Positions 40,769-51,696 are shown, numbered from the stretch's first letter. The stretch: 55,818 bases of DNA from Deltaproteobacteria bacterium (GCA_026991135.1 JALXCD010000095.1:1-55818), one strand, 5' to 3'. Notes: generated by a model not told the origin, from the sequence alone. Translations and numbers: made by a program.

Positions 40769-41422
40769 ATGGAAAATGCTGCATTGGAGACCAGGGTCAA
40801 AAATCTAGAAAACGATATCACCGATCTCAAGTTGGTTTTGCGGGATTTTATACTCCACACCGAAAGTGCATTTCTCAGATTGGAAACCGAGATGCGGGAG
40901 TTCAAAGATGAGATGCGAGATTTCAAGGACGAGATGTTGGTTTGGCGACAGGAGGTTGATAAAGAACGGAAAGAGATGAATCGAAAGTGGGGAGATATAG
41001 CCAATAAAATGGGGACCCTGGTTGAAGATATATTTGCTCCTGGTGTGCTAGATATTGCCAAAAAGTATTTTGGTTGCCAAGAACTAGAAGATTATATGGT
41101 CAGGCGTATCAGGAAGAAGCCTGGCTCCAAGGGTGAAAGAAGGGAATTTGATATTATAGCCGTTTGCCAGGACAAAGTTATCCTGGTTGATGTCAAATCC
41201 ACTGTAAGGCCTGTTTATATTGACAATTTTGAAGAGTTGGTAAAATCGGGCCTTTTTTTTGAGTTTTTCCCAGAGTACAAGGATAAAAAATTGATTCCCA
41301 TTTTTGCCTCTCTTTACCTTTCTGATGAGGAGATAAAGGACCTTACAAAAAGGGGCCTTTATGCCATGGCAATGAGTTCCGATGCAGTGGATATTTTGAA
41401 TTTTGATGAAGTAAAAAATTAA
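40769..41422 (+). CDS. Coiled-coil + PD-(D/E)XK nuclease-fold protein
   Basis: EMREFKD/EMRDFKD heptads, GTLVED, EFDIIA, LVDVKS. Confidence 0.7.
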   Translation: MENAALETRVKNLENDITDLKLVLRDFILHTESAFLRLETEMREFKDEMRDFKDEMLVWRQEVDKERKEMNRKWGDIANKMGTLVEDIFAPGVLDIAKKYFGCQELEDYMVRRIRKKPGSKGERREFDIIAVCQDKVILVDVKSTVRPVYIDNFEELVKSGLFFEFFPEYKDKKLIPIFASLYLSDEEIKDLTKRGLYAMAMSSDAVDILNFDEVKN

Positions 41423-41434
41423 CTGTGATATTTC

Positions 41435-41474
41435 AAAAAAGGTGTTCAAGGAGCTTTGAGGGTCCTTGAACTCC
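41435..41474 (-). terminator. Intrinsic terminator between convergent genes
   Basis: GTTCAAGGA (41444-41452) pairs with TCCTTGAAC (41463-41471); A6 at 41435-41440 gives a U-tract on the minus strand. Confidence 0.65.
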
Positions 41475-41490
41475 CTCGCTTTAGAATTTT

Positions 41491-42318
41491 TTATGCTTTT
41501 TTCTTCTTTTTTAGCCTAAAGAGAGAAACTAATCCAGTTCCTAAAAGAAAAATGGAGGCAGGTTCAGGGACTGGAGTAGCCGGATGGGCTTCGAATTTGT
41601 GGTTATCTATACTAGCCCAATTAACGATATATGTTCCTTCTTTTGTTATACCTGCCGTATAGGAATCAATTCCTAGAAGATATGTCCTCATTGGGTCAAG
41701 TGTAAGAGTTGATGAATAGTTACCACTTAGATTATAGCCTCCAGACCAATTATCTATACTTATATTATAATCCCAAATACCTGGCTGAGGTGGACCTATA
41801 TGCCGAGTATTACTTGAGCCATCATTATTTTGGGATAATTCATCATAATAAAAAATTGTTGGATTATTTGGGTCTGTACAGTCAATTAGGCTAAAGGCAA
41901 CCTTTGATGTATTAGGTACATTGTTTTTTCTGTAAAAAGAAAGATTTTAAAAGAAATATCCAACTGATTTACATTTGTAAATGGATCTGAAACAGCGTTA
42001 ATAAAAGCCACATCCATTCCGTAATCTAATAAATTTGGATTTTGGTCATCGATGGAACGTCCGAAAACAGAAAAAAGGGTTTGAGTGTCACCACGTAACC
42101 AAATAAGTTGATTACTTGTATCTAATTTAAAATTAATTGGTAACGTCTGCTGGTATGGATATTGAGGAATAAGGTCAGGAGCAGGTGGAAAAGGTGGAAG
42201 GCTTGTCCCAAATCCTGTGGAAGAATTAAAAGAAAAGCTCCCTCCCACTAAATTTATTGGGTAGGCAAAAGCAAAATTATTTGCTACTACTAAGCAAGCA
42301 AGTCCTTTTTGTCTTCAT
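41491..42318 (-). pseudogene. PEP-CTERM sorting-domain protein interrupted by two compensating frameshifts
   Basis: AAGGAGG then ATG at 42318; C-terminal VPEPASIFLLGTGLVSLFRLKKKKKA; frame changes near T5 (42306-42310) and T6 (41924-41929); span 828 nt = 276 codons. Confidence 0.75.
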
Positions 42319-42618
42319 AATACGAATTACCCTCCTTCAATTAAAATTTGGCTATTATAGTTAACTTAACCCAATACACCCAGAAAAAATTTTCTTCAAG
42401 AAAGCAATAAAAATACCAAAATTTATCAGGGATCACCTAAAAAATAGGAATATTTCAGGCTTAAAAAGAAGATTTTTCGTTAGTAGGAGAAAAATTTTTC
42501 TCAAAAAAGGAAAAATTTTTCCTTCTCCCCCAACGGAAATTTATTTCAAATCTTAACCTTTTGCTTTTAGTCCCTTTATGGATTATTGTCATGACAAAAA
42601 GGCCTGGAGGCTTTTTAG

Positions 42619-44256
42619 TTGGACTTTCACAAAAAGGCTTTAATTTCTTTTTTTGTCCCATTTTTTATCGTCTTTTTTGCAGTTCTTTCCTTTAGTAGTA
42701 GCAGTCTATCTAGGTTCATAACGGATCTTTCGCCAATTTATGCCGGTGCCACAAAGGCAGAAGACGGTAATTTTATCCTAAATGTTGGTTCATCTAATGG
42801 GCTTAAAGCTGGAGATATATTTTCTATTATTTCAAAAGGAGAGCCCTTTTATGCACAAAACACAAAAAAGATAATTGGCTACAGGGAAAAGGTTGTATCC
42901 AAATGCCAGGTTATTAATCTTTCATATAAAAGTGCCATTTGCAAACCATATCTAGACCTTTTTGAAGTAAAAGGCCAGTTAAGAGCCATTCGTTTTTCAA
43001 ACATAAAGGCGGCCTTTTTCGTAAATGGCCGTCTCTCCTATCCAGAGCTTATAAATGGAGCCCTGAGCGAGCTTTTACCAAATATTGAGTGGCTTGAACC
43101 GGCAAGTGGCCCCGTGCCTGTGGCTTCGTCCTCATCCATGTCTGCATTTGGCCTTGATATGATTGTGGAACTTGGGTATGGAAAGTTAAAGGTCTTTGGA
43201 CCAGGTTATCAGCTTATAAGAGAATATGAAATCGATTTAACCCGGCCTTTTGTATCAGGTAAACAACCTAAAGAATTACAGGGACATGTGGAGGGGGCCA
43301 GTGAATTTCCCTTTGAGCCCCTGGTTGATTTTTCGAGGGCAAAGGTAAAGGGCACCCTAAATGAAAAGGTTCTTCAGCTAGAAGTGATTGATTTAGATGG
43401 GGATGGAAATTATGAAGTCGTATATCTTTTAAAGGATCGTATCCTTATCTCCCCCTATATGCATTCAGGCAGCCTTTTAGGCTTTAAGGTGGATGATTTT
43501 GAGGCCGCTTGTAATTTTTCCCTTTTTCCAGGAAAGGGCTGGTTAAGTCTAAATGTAAGCCTTGATGATGCAGGTCTTGATTCAAGGCTATTTAATTATG
43601 ACAATGACAAGCTGCAATTGATCCAAGAGGGTATAAACCTGTGGCTTCAGTTTATAAGTCAAGGGTGCAAGTTTAAAGAGGTTCGGTTCGTTGGACAGTC
43701 CTTTGAACGTATGAGGATGAGGGGGCAGAATTTTTTTCAACTGTTTCCAACTGAAAAAGGGATCGAATATGGAGACAACCTGTATTACCCAAGTGACTTC
43801 AGTATCCAGTCGGCCACTACCATTCCCTTTAAAGACAATTGTGCCCTCTTTTATGTGAGCTTTGATGGTTTTTTAAAGGTCTATTTAAGAGGCTCTCACA
43901 TTTGGACGTCACTTTGGCCTATTGTTGAAGAGGTTAAAGGATGCGGACCTCAAAGGGTATCATTTGTCAAGTTAGGGGATTATATTCTATTTTCAGGACT
44001 TATTAAAAAGGGGGCAACTGGTTCAAATAACGGCTATGGACTTTTTGTGCTAAATCCCAAAAATGGGCTTGATTTTAAAAGGATTGATGTCAATCTTTCG
44101 GGACGAATAAATGGAATGAGCCTTTTAGGGCAAAATAGGTTACTTATTGGGGTAAGCCAGAACATAAAAAACAAGCCAAAGACCATTCTTTATGAATTTG
44201 ATGCCAAAAAGATACTTGAAAAGATAAAAGGAACTTATGAAGAGTCTAGTAACTGA
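42619..44256 (+). CDS. Exported hypothetical protein with one FG-GAP/VCBS-like motif
   Basis: 545-aa ORF; hydrophobic N-terminus; DLDGDGNYE Ca-binding-like loop; overlaps the miaB start. Confidence 0.65.
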   Translation: MDFHKKALISFFVPFFIVFFAVLSFSSSSLSRFITDLSPIYAGATKAEDGNFILNVGSSNGLKAGDIFSIISKGEPFYAQNTKKIIGYREKVVSKCQVINLSYKSAICKPYLDLFEVKGQLRAIRFSNIKAAFFVNGRLSYPELINGALSELLPNIEWLEPASGPVPVASSSSMSAFGLDMIVELGYGKLKVFGPGYQLIREYEIDLTRPFVSGKQPKELQGHVEGASEFPFEPLVDFSRAKVKGTLNEKVLQLEVIDLDGDGNYEVVYLLKDRILISPYMHSGSLLGFKVDDFEAACNFSLFPGKGWLSLNVSLDDAGLDSRLFNYDNDKLQLIQEGINLWLQFISQGCKFKEVRFVGQSFERMRMRGQNFFQLFPTEKGIEYGDNLYYPSDFSIQSATTIPFKDNCALFYVSFDGFLKVYLRGSHIWTSLWPIVEEVKGCGPQRVSFVKLGDYILFSGLIKKGATGSNNGYGLFVLNPKNGLDFKRIDVNLSGRINGMSLLGQNRLLIGVSQNIKNKPKTILYEFDAKKILEKIKGTYEESSN

Positions 44257-45595
44257 AAACCATCAGGTATTTGCTACCAAAGGGCCTAAGAAGTGCCATA
44301 TAATCACATTTGGCTGCCAGATGAATGAATATGATTCTAAAACCATGGCCCAGCTTCTTATGGATGATTATCAGCAGACGCCCTTTTTAGAAGAAGCAGA
44401 CCTTATTCTTATAAATACCTGTTCCATAAGAGAAAAGGCAGAGCACAAGCTTTATAGCCTTCTTGGAAGGCTTAAAAGGCTAAAAAAGAGAAATCCAACT
44501 CTAAAAATTGGCGTTTGCGGTTGTGTTGCTCAACAGCTTGGAGAAAGGCTATTCGAAAGAATGCCCCATGTGGATTTGGTCATCGGGCCTCAGGGCCTTT
44601 ATAGGCTTCCTGTTCTTTTAAAAACCTTAGAGGAAGGGGAAAAACATATAAGTGATACCACCTTAAGGGATGATTTTGACATCCCCTTCATTGACGCACC
44701 ACTTCCAAGGGTGGGTGATGTCAGGGCCTATGTGACCATAATGCAAGGGTGCAATAACTTTTGCACCTATTGCATTGTTCCATATGTCCGTGGAAGGGAG
44801 GTGAGCAGGCCCTCTGAACATATCATGAGGGAAATTGAGGGGCTTATTGAACAGGGGGTTAAAGATATAACCCTTCTGGGACAAAATGTTAATTCCTATG
44901 GAAGAGGGCTTAATGAAGATATAGATTTCCCAGGGCTTTTAAAGAAAATAGAAAAGGCCTTTGGGAAGGATATTAGGCTTCGATTTACCACAAGCCATCC
45001 AAAGGATCTCTCTGATGAACTGATTGACTGTTTTAAGGAGCTTCAAAGCCTTTGTGAGCATTTGCATCTTCCGGTTCAATCAGGCTCAAACGCAGTCCTT
45101 AAGCGTATGAATAGACACTACACCATTGAAGCATACCTTGAAAAGCTTGAGAAGCTTAGGTCTTTATGCCCCGTAATTACCATTACTACCGATTTAATTG
45201 TTGGTTTTCCTGGTGAAAGCAAAAAAGATTTTGAAAAAACCATGGAGCTTCTTAAAAAGGTGCGCTACGATCAGGCCTTTGCATTTAAATATTCTGAAAG
45301 GCCGGGGACACCTGCGGTTAATTTTGGCCAAAAGGTGCCTGAAGAAGAAAAATCAAAGAGGTTAAACGAGCTCCTTGAGCTTCAAAACCAGATTGGTCTT
45401 GAGCAATACAAGAAATTAGAGGGAAAAGTTGTGGAGGTTCTTGTTGAAGGAGTTAAGGGAGATCAGCTAGTTGGAAGAACCCGGGGCAATCATATAGTAA
45501 ATATTGAAGGTGAACAAGAACTTGTGGGAAGAAGAATGAATGTTTACATTGAAAGGGCATGCCATCATTCCTTAAATGGTAAGGTCATGCATTAG
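44237..45595 (+). CDS. miaB: tRNA ms2i6A37 methylthiotransferase MiaB
   Basis: TFGCQMN, NTCSIREKA, GCVAQ, CNNFCTYC radical SAM motif, C-terminal TRAM domain. Confidence 0.96.
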   Translation: MKSLVTENHQVFATKGPKKCHIITFGCQMNEYDSKTMAQLLMDDYQQTPFLEEADLILINTCSIREKAEHKLYSLLGRLKRLKKRNPTLKIGVCGCVAQQLGERLFERMPHVDLVIGPQGLYRLPVLLKTLEEGEKHISDTTLRDDFDIPFIDAPLPRVGDVRAYVTIMQGCNNFCTYCIVPYVRGREVSRPSEHIMREIEGLIEQGVKDITLLGQNVNSYGRGLNEDIDFPGLLKKIEKAFGKDIRLRFTTSHPKDLSDELIDCFKELQSLCEHLHLPVQSGSNAVLKRMNRHYTIEAYLEKLEKLRSLCPVITITTDLIVGFPGESKKDFEKTMELLKKVRYDQAFAFKYSERPGTPAVNFGQKVPEEEKSKRLNELLELQNQIGLEQYKKLEGKVVEVLVEGVKGDQLVGRTRGNHIVNIEGEQELVGRRMNVYIERACHHSLNGKVMH

Positions 45596-45611
45596 ACGAG
45601 GTAGGAATAAC

Positions 45612-46118
45612 ATGAATGCTGTAAAAATGATAATACATGCCATCACCTTGGACCCCCAGTCCAATTCTCCCATATTGATTTTAAAGGAGGAAAATGGAGA
45701 AAGGACCCTTCCAATTTGGATTGGCCTTCTTGAGGCTACTGCTATAGCCACTGAGATGGAAAAACTTGAGTTTGCAAGGCCTATGACACACGATCTCGCA
45801 GTAAATCTTTTAAAGGCAGCAGGCATAAGGCTTGTAAGGGTGGATGTTACAGAGCTAAAGGACAATACCTATTACGCAGAAATAACCCTTGATACAGGGG
45901 AAAAAGTCGTTCGTGTTGATTCACGACCAAGTGATGCCATTGCCCTGGCACTTAGGGCCGATGCGGACATCTTTGTAAATGAAGAGGTCCTTAACAGTGC
46001 AACAAAGATGGAAAAAGAACCTACAATAATGACAGGGCAAGACAAGGAAAAGGATAAGGACAAGTGGAGCAAGATACTGGAAGATCTTGACCCAAGTGCA
46101 TTTAAGTACAAGATGTGA
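45612..46118 (+). CDS. Bifunctional nuclease family protein (DUF151)
   Basis: LPIWIG..EA, RPMTHDL, DSRPSDAIALA. Confidence 0.92.
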   Translation: MNAVKMIIHAITLDPQSNSPILILKEENGERTLPIWIGLLEATAIATEMEKLEFARPMTHDLAVNLLKAAGIRLVRVDVTELKDNTYYAEITLDTGEKVVRVDSRPSDAIALALRADADIFVNEEVLNSATKMEKEPTIMTGQDKEKDKDKWSKILEDLDPSAFKYKM

Positions 46119-46144
46119 TTAATTAAACGGCCTTTCCCCTTGGA

Positions 46145-47638
46145 TTAATGGACTTCAAAAACAAGGTTTGACCAGAAACCTCCGCATGTCTCTCTACTGT
46201 TTCCGCTGCATCTCATAATACAGTTATTTGCCCTTCCGTATTTTCCATAGGAGTTTCCGCAAAAGCACTGGCTTCCATACTGTACCCCTGCATATTTAAA
46301 GCCTTTATTTCCACAAATAGTAATGCACTTTCTCTGGGTCATGTTGGGAGCGGAAACAAAGTAACCATTTAGATCCCTGTTAGGGTTGTCCTTGAAACAG
46401 CCAAGGTTTTTTCCAGTGTGAATGCGTGTTTTTGGCCTCAATTTAGATGAATTTCCGGGAGATGTTGAACTCCTAAGCTCATAAATATCGTTTGCCCAGA
46501 ATCCACCGCATATCTCATTGGGATTTCCATTGCATTTCATATTGCAGTTATTTGCCCTTCCATATTTTCCATAGGAATTTCCGCAAAAGCACTGACTTCC
46601 ATATTGCACCCCGGCGTATCTGAATCCCCTTGAATTACAAAAAGAAATGCATTTTTCAATAGTCACTGGAGCTCCCTTGTTGGCACCCCAGCCTGGAAAG
46701 GCAGCTCCATTTAAGTCTCGTCCCCTAAGTCCGAAGGGATCACCTTGATCCTTAAAACAACCAAGTCTTCTGGCGTTGGGAGATGGGCGTGGTGGATTTT
46801 GACCTGTGCCAAAAATTAAATTTGCCCAGAACCCACCACAGATTTCATTGGCGTTGCCACTACATTTCATATTACAACTGTTTGATTTACCGTATTTTCC
46901 ATATGAATTTCCGCAAAAGCACTGACTTCCATATTGCACCCCTGCGTATTTAAAGCCCTTATTTCTGCAAATGGAAATACACTTTTCATGAGTCATGTCT
47001 GCCGATGATATAAAGAATCCGTCAAGGTCCCTTGCCCGGTCATCCCTAAAACAACCAAAGTTATTTTTCCCCGGGCGGACTGGGAACTTTGTTTTTACGC
47101 CTGAAACACAATTGGGATTTTTGGATGGAGGTGGAACTGTATCCTTAAGCCAGCATTTAGGAAGAGGTCCCTGAAAGGTATTCGGTTTTACAAAGGTCCA
47201 GGCCTTACATTTTGGTTCGGAGAGGCAAATTTGCATACATCTTTTTGGATCATTTACCTTAAGGTCCACATTTCTATAGTCATGTCCCATCCTATCTATT
47301 CCATATTCTATTGAGCTGAAACTACCTTTATTTGAATAGGCTGGCCTTAACCGATTTAAAACCTTATTTAAGGCACTTATTTCATCCATTAATACCTTAA
47401 CTCTAGCCTCTCCACAAAAACACTGATCAATATTTTGATTACCTGTGATTACTTTTGGAGGGCATTTGTATCCATAAATGGCATAGCCATTTACCCCGCG
47501 TTCTCCTTTTTTGACTCGTGAAAGTTCTGCCTTTTTGGCCCTTATAAGTTGCTGAATATCTTGACATTTGGGATTTATGGCAAAAGAAAGATTTGGGAAA
47601 AGAAAAAGTATAAGAAGTGCAAAAAGAATCTTTTTCAT
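46145..47638 (-). CDS. Secreted Cys-rich protein: PAN/apple domain plus three WSC domains
   Basis: Signal peptide MKKILF...SFA after an AGGAG RBS; PAN-like DRMGHDY...C..C...CKAWTF...CWLK; three GCF.D...C...C...YAGVQYGSQCFCGN...C...C.G...E.CGG repeats. Confidence 0.85.
   Translation of the reverse strand: MKKILFALLILFLFPNLSFAINPKCQDIQQLIRAKKAELSRVKKGERGVNGYAIYGYKCPPKVITGNQNIDQCFCGEARVKVLMDEISALNKVLNRLRPAYSNKGSFSSIEYGIDRMGHDYRNVDLKVNDPKRCMQICLSEPKCKAWTFVKPNTFQGPLPKCWLKDTVPPPSKNPNCVSGVKTKFPVRPGKNNFGCFRDDRARDLDGFFISSADMTHEKCISICRNKGFKYAGVQYGSQCFCGNSYGKYGKSNSCNMKCSGNANEICGGFWANLIFGTGQNPPRPSPNARRLGCFKDQGDPFGLRGRDLNGAAFPGWGANKGAPVTIEKCISFCNSRGFRYAGVQYGSQCFCGNSYGKYGRANNCNMKCNGNPNEICGGFWANDIYELRSSTSPGNSSKLRPKTRIHTGKNLGCFKDNPNRDLNGYFVSAPNMTQRKCITICGNKGFKYAGVQYGSQCFCGNSYGKYGRANNCIMRCSGNSRETCGGFWSNLVFEVH
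46150..47065 (-). repeat. Three intragenic WSC-domain repeats
   Basis: The shared core TTCCGCAAAAGCACTG recurs near 46255, 46579 and 46909 (spacings 324 and 330 nt). Confidence 0.88.
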
Positions 47639-47751
47639 TATCTTTCTCCTCAAGTACCTTTGGCTGAGATATTATAATTCATAAATCGTCTATTTAAAGT
47701 GTCCTGTATCTATCAACTTTAATAATCCGGATATTAAAGATCCCATACCAA

Positions 47752-47780
47752 TTGACTAAGGCCCCCTTGGCTTTTATCTT
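47752..47780 (+). promoter_or_regulatory. Putative sigma70 promoter for the PHP gene
   Basis: TTGACT-17 nt-TATCTT. Confidence 0.5.
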
Positions 47781-47806
47781 GGCTGCCAAAAAAGGGGGGC
47801 CTTTTT

Positions 47807-48463
47807 ATGCCAATGTTTGATCTCCACTGCCACAGTCTATTTAGTGATGGCGAGCTTCTTCCCTCTGAACTTGTAAGAAGGCTTGAGGTCAAGGGTTATG
47901 ATGCAGTATGCATAACCGATCATGCAGATGAATCCAATATGGCCTTTATCATTGGTGAGATGCAAAGGGTCATTGAAAAGATAAATAGGTATTCAAAAAC
48001 AAAACTCATATGTGGCATAGAGCTTACCCATGTCCATCCCAAAAGGATAAAAGAACTTACAGTAGAGGCAAGGGCCCTAGGAGCAAAGATAGTTGTCTGT
48101 CACGGAGAGACCATTGTTGAGCCTGTAATCCCAGGGACAAACAGGGCGGCCATTGAGGCAGGCGTGGATATCCTTGCACACCCTGGCATGATTTCAGAAG
48201 AAGATGTGGAACTTGCAGTCAAAAATGGCGTAAGGCTTGAGCTTTCTGGAAGAAAGGGACATAGCCTTGCAAATGGCCATGTTGCAAGGCTTTCCAGGAA
48301 AAAAGGCGCAAACCTTGTCATAAATTCAGACGGACATGCCCCGGAAGATTTCATGGAAAAGGAGCGTGGAAGGCTTGTTGGCATGGGGGCAGGCCTTTCA
48401 AGGGACGAGGTCGAAAAGATTTACAGGGATAACTTTGAGTGGGTAAAGGGGCTCATGAGCTAG
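47807..48463 (+). CDS. PHP-family phosphoesterase (histidinol-phosphatase-like)
   Basis: DLHCHS, ITDHAD, GIELTH, LAHPG, NSDGH. Confidence 0.9.
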   Translation: MPMFDLHCHSLFSDGELLPSELVRRLEVKGYDAVCITDHADESNMAFIIGEMQRVIEKINRYSKTKLICGIELTHVHPKRIKELTVEARALGAKIVVCHGETIVEPVIPGTNRAAIEAGVDILAHPGMISEEDVELAVKNGVRLELSGRKGHSLANGHVARLSRKKGANLVINSDGHAPEDFMEKERGRLVGMGAGLSRDEVEKIYRDNFEWVKGLMS

Positions 48464-49856
48464 TTAGGGCATGTTCTTCAATGTAGCCCTTTACCCTTTC
48501 AATTGAAGGCGGAAGGACCTCGAATCTTCTTGGAAGCCCTTCAAGGGCCTTCATGGAATCTGGCATATCTGGTTTTCTGTTAATTGCCCTTTCAACTGCC
48601 TCTGGAAACTTGCATGGATGGGCTGTTGCAAGGCAAATTATCTGCGCATTCCCCCTTTCTTTAAGAAATTTTTTAGCTGCCCCAACCCCCACGGCAGTAT
48701 GGGGGTCAAGGATGTATCCTGTTTCTTTATAAAAGCCTGAGATTAAATCCATTGTCTCCTTCTGGGTTATTGAATAGGAAGAAAAATCCCTTTGGGCCTC
48801 CCTGACCTCATCATTAGAAAAGGTGATCTCTCCACTTTTTTCAAATTCCTCCATTGCCTCTTTCACCCTTTGGTGGTCCTTTCCATAAAGATAAAAGAGA
48901 TATCTTTCGAAATTGCTGGCTATCTGTATATCCATTGACGGGCTGATGGTCTGAACCACGGTTCCACGCCTATAAATCCCCTCATTTACAAATCGAGTCA
49001 GGATATCATTTTCATTTGTGGCAAGGATGAGCCCCCTTATCAAATCCCCCAATAGCCTTTTTGCCACATAACCTGCAAAGATATCACCAAAGTTTCCGGT
49101 AGGGACAGAAAAGATCACCTCCATGATACCCTCTTTCTTTAACTTCACGGCTGCATAGACATAATATACTACCTGTGCCAGGACCCTTGCCCAGTTTATG
49201 GAGTTTATGGCGCCAAGTCTATAGCGTTCCTTAAAGGAAAGGTCATTAAATATGGTCTTTACAATGGCCTGACAATCATCAAAGGTTCCTTCAATGGCAA
49301 GGTTAAAGCAGTTTTTGTCTTGAACTGTTGTCATTTGTAGGGCCTGCATCCGGCTTACCCTTCCAAGGGGGTGAAGGATAAAGATATTTATGTTTTTCTT
49401 GCCCTTAACCCCGTATATTGCCGCACTTCCAGTATCACCAGAGGTAGCCCCAAGGATGTTCATAAAGGAGTTGTCCTTTGATAAAAGATATGAAAAGAGA
49501 TTTCCCAAAAATTGCAAGGCCACATCCTTGAATGCAAGGGTAGGGCCATGAAAAAGCTCCAGGATATAAATTCCATCCTTTTTTATAAGTGGGGTTACTT
49601 CTTTGGTGTCAAAGGTTTTGTAAGAAATTTCGATGAGCCTTTTTAAGTCTTCGGGCTCAATATCATCTATAAATAGGGACATTATCCTGAAAGCAACCTC
49701 ATTGTAAGAAAGGTCTTCAAGGTTTTTTATTTCATCTCTTGAAAGGACGGGAAGCCTTTCTGGAAGGATTAGCCCCCCGTCTGATGAAAGGCCCATCATC
49801 ACTGCTTGGCTGAATGGAATTGGCGAAATTCCGCCTCTTGTGCTGATATATTTCAT
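48453..49856 (-). CDS. thrC: Threonine synthase
   Basis: YISTRG, ELFHGPTLAFKD (PLP Lys), ATSGDTG, NSINWAR, PTGNFG. Confidence 0.97.
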   Translation of the reverse strand: MKYISTRGGISPIPFSQAVMMGLSSDGGLILPERLPVLSRDEIKNLEDLSYNEVAFRIMSLFIDDIEPEDLKRLIEISYKTFDTKEVTPLIKKDGIYILELFHGPTLAFKDVALQFLGNLFSYLLSKDNSFMNILGATSGDTGSAAIYGVKGKKNINIFILHPLGRVSRMQALQMTTVQDKNCFNLAIEGTFDDCQAIVKTIFNDLSFKERYRLGAINSINWARVLAQVVYYVYAAVKLKKEGIMEVIFSVPTGNFGDIFAGYVAKRLLGDLIRGLILATNENDILTRFVNEGIYRRGTVVQTISPSMDIQIASNFERYLFYLYGKDHQRVKEAMEEFEKSGEITFSNDEVREAQRDFSSYSITQKETMDLISGFYKETGYILDPHTAVGVGAAKKFLKERGNAQIICLATAHPCKFPEAVERAINRKPDMPDSMKALEGLPRRFEVLPPSIERVKGYIEEHALTSS

Positions 49857-49868
49857 GCTGGTTTCCTT

Positions 49869-50060
49869 TTATTTTATTGGTTCAAGGATTATCCTGTGTT
49901 TTAAAAGGTCAATGGTCTTTATCCTTGCTGGAATTGTTTCAGGAGATTCAAAGAACCCCTGTATTTTTACTCCCTTTTTTACAGGTTCAACAAGGATAAC
50001 ATCCCTTTTTATCTCCTTTTCTTCTCCGTTTTCAATGAGAAATACCGAGGATTGACACAT
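49869..50060 (-). CDS. CooT-family small nickel-binding protein
   Basis: 63 aa; N-terminal MC and C-terminal IDLLKHRIIL pattern; AGAGG RBS. Confidence 0.7.
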   Translation of the reverse strand: MCQSSVFLIENGEEKEIKRDVILVEPVKKGVKIQGFFESPETIPARIKTIDLLKHRIILEPIK

Positions 50061-50083
50061 TTTCTTTACCTCTAATTTTCGCC

Positions 50084-50112
50084 TTGACTTAGTTAATGGC
50101 CAAAAATATAAC
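50084..50112 (+). promoter_or_regulatory. Putative sigma70 promoter for eno
   Basis: TTGACT-17 nt-TATAAC. Confidence 0.45.
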
Positions 50113-50166
50113 TAACTATAAATAAAACCTTTTCAAATTTTTGTTTTTATTTTTCCACCAATTTAA

Positions 50167-51483
<1,317 letters not shown>

Positions 51484-51509
51484 AAAGAGTTGCCTATAAA
51501 GCTACTAGT

Positions 51510-51540
51510 GCAGGTGGTAGATTTTGCCACCTGTTTTTTT
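51510..51540 (+). terminator. Rho-independent terminator after eno
   Basis: CAGGTGGTA/TGCCACCTG stem followed by T7. Confidence 0.85.
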
Positions 51541-51619
51541 GTCTTTTTAATGTAAGAACCCGGTCGAGTGCCATTCAATTTATTGACAATAAACCGTTTG
51601 GTATTTATAGAAATTGTGT

Positions 51620-51696
51620 CGGGACGTGGCTCAGTCTGGTAGAGCACAGCGTTCGGGACGCTGGGGTCGGAGGTTCAAATCCTCTCGTCCCGACCA
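51620..51696 (+). tRNA. tRNA-Pro (anticodon CGG)
   Basis: Acceptor stem CGGGACG/CGTCCCG, anticodon arm CAGCG-TTCGGGA-CGCTG, T-arm GGTTCAAATCC, encoded CCA; TTGACA at 51583. Confidence 0.97.

Noticed and set aside
47758-47806. Long GC hairpin plus T-run as a terminator or attenuator before the PHP gene
   Set aside because: The left arm lies within the predicted promoter spacer, so it would not be in that transcript, and no plus-strand gene ends nearby.
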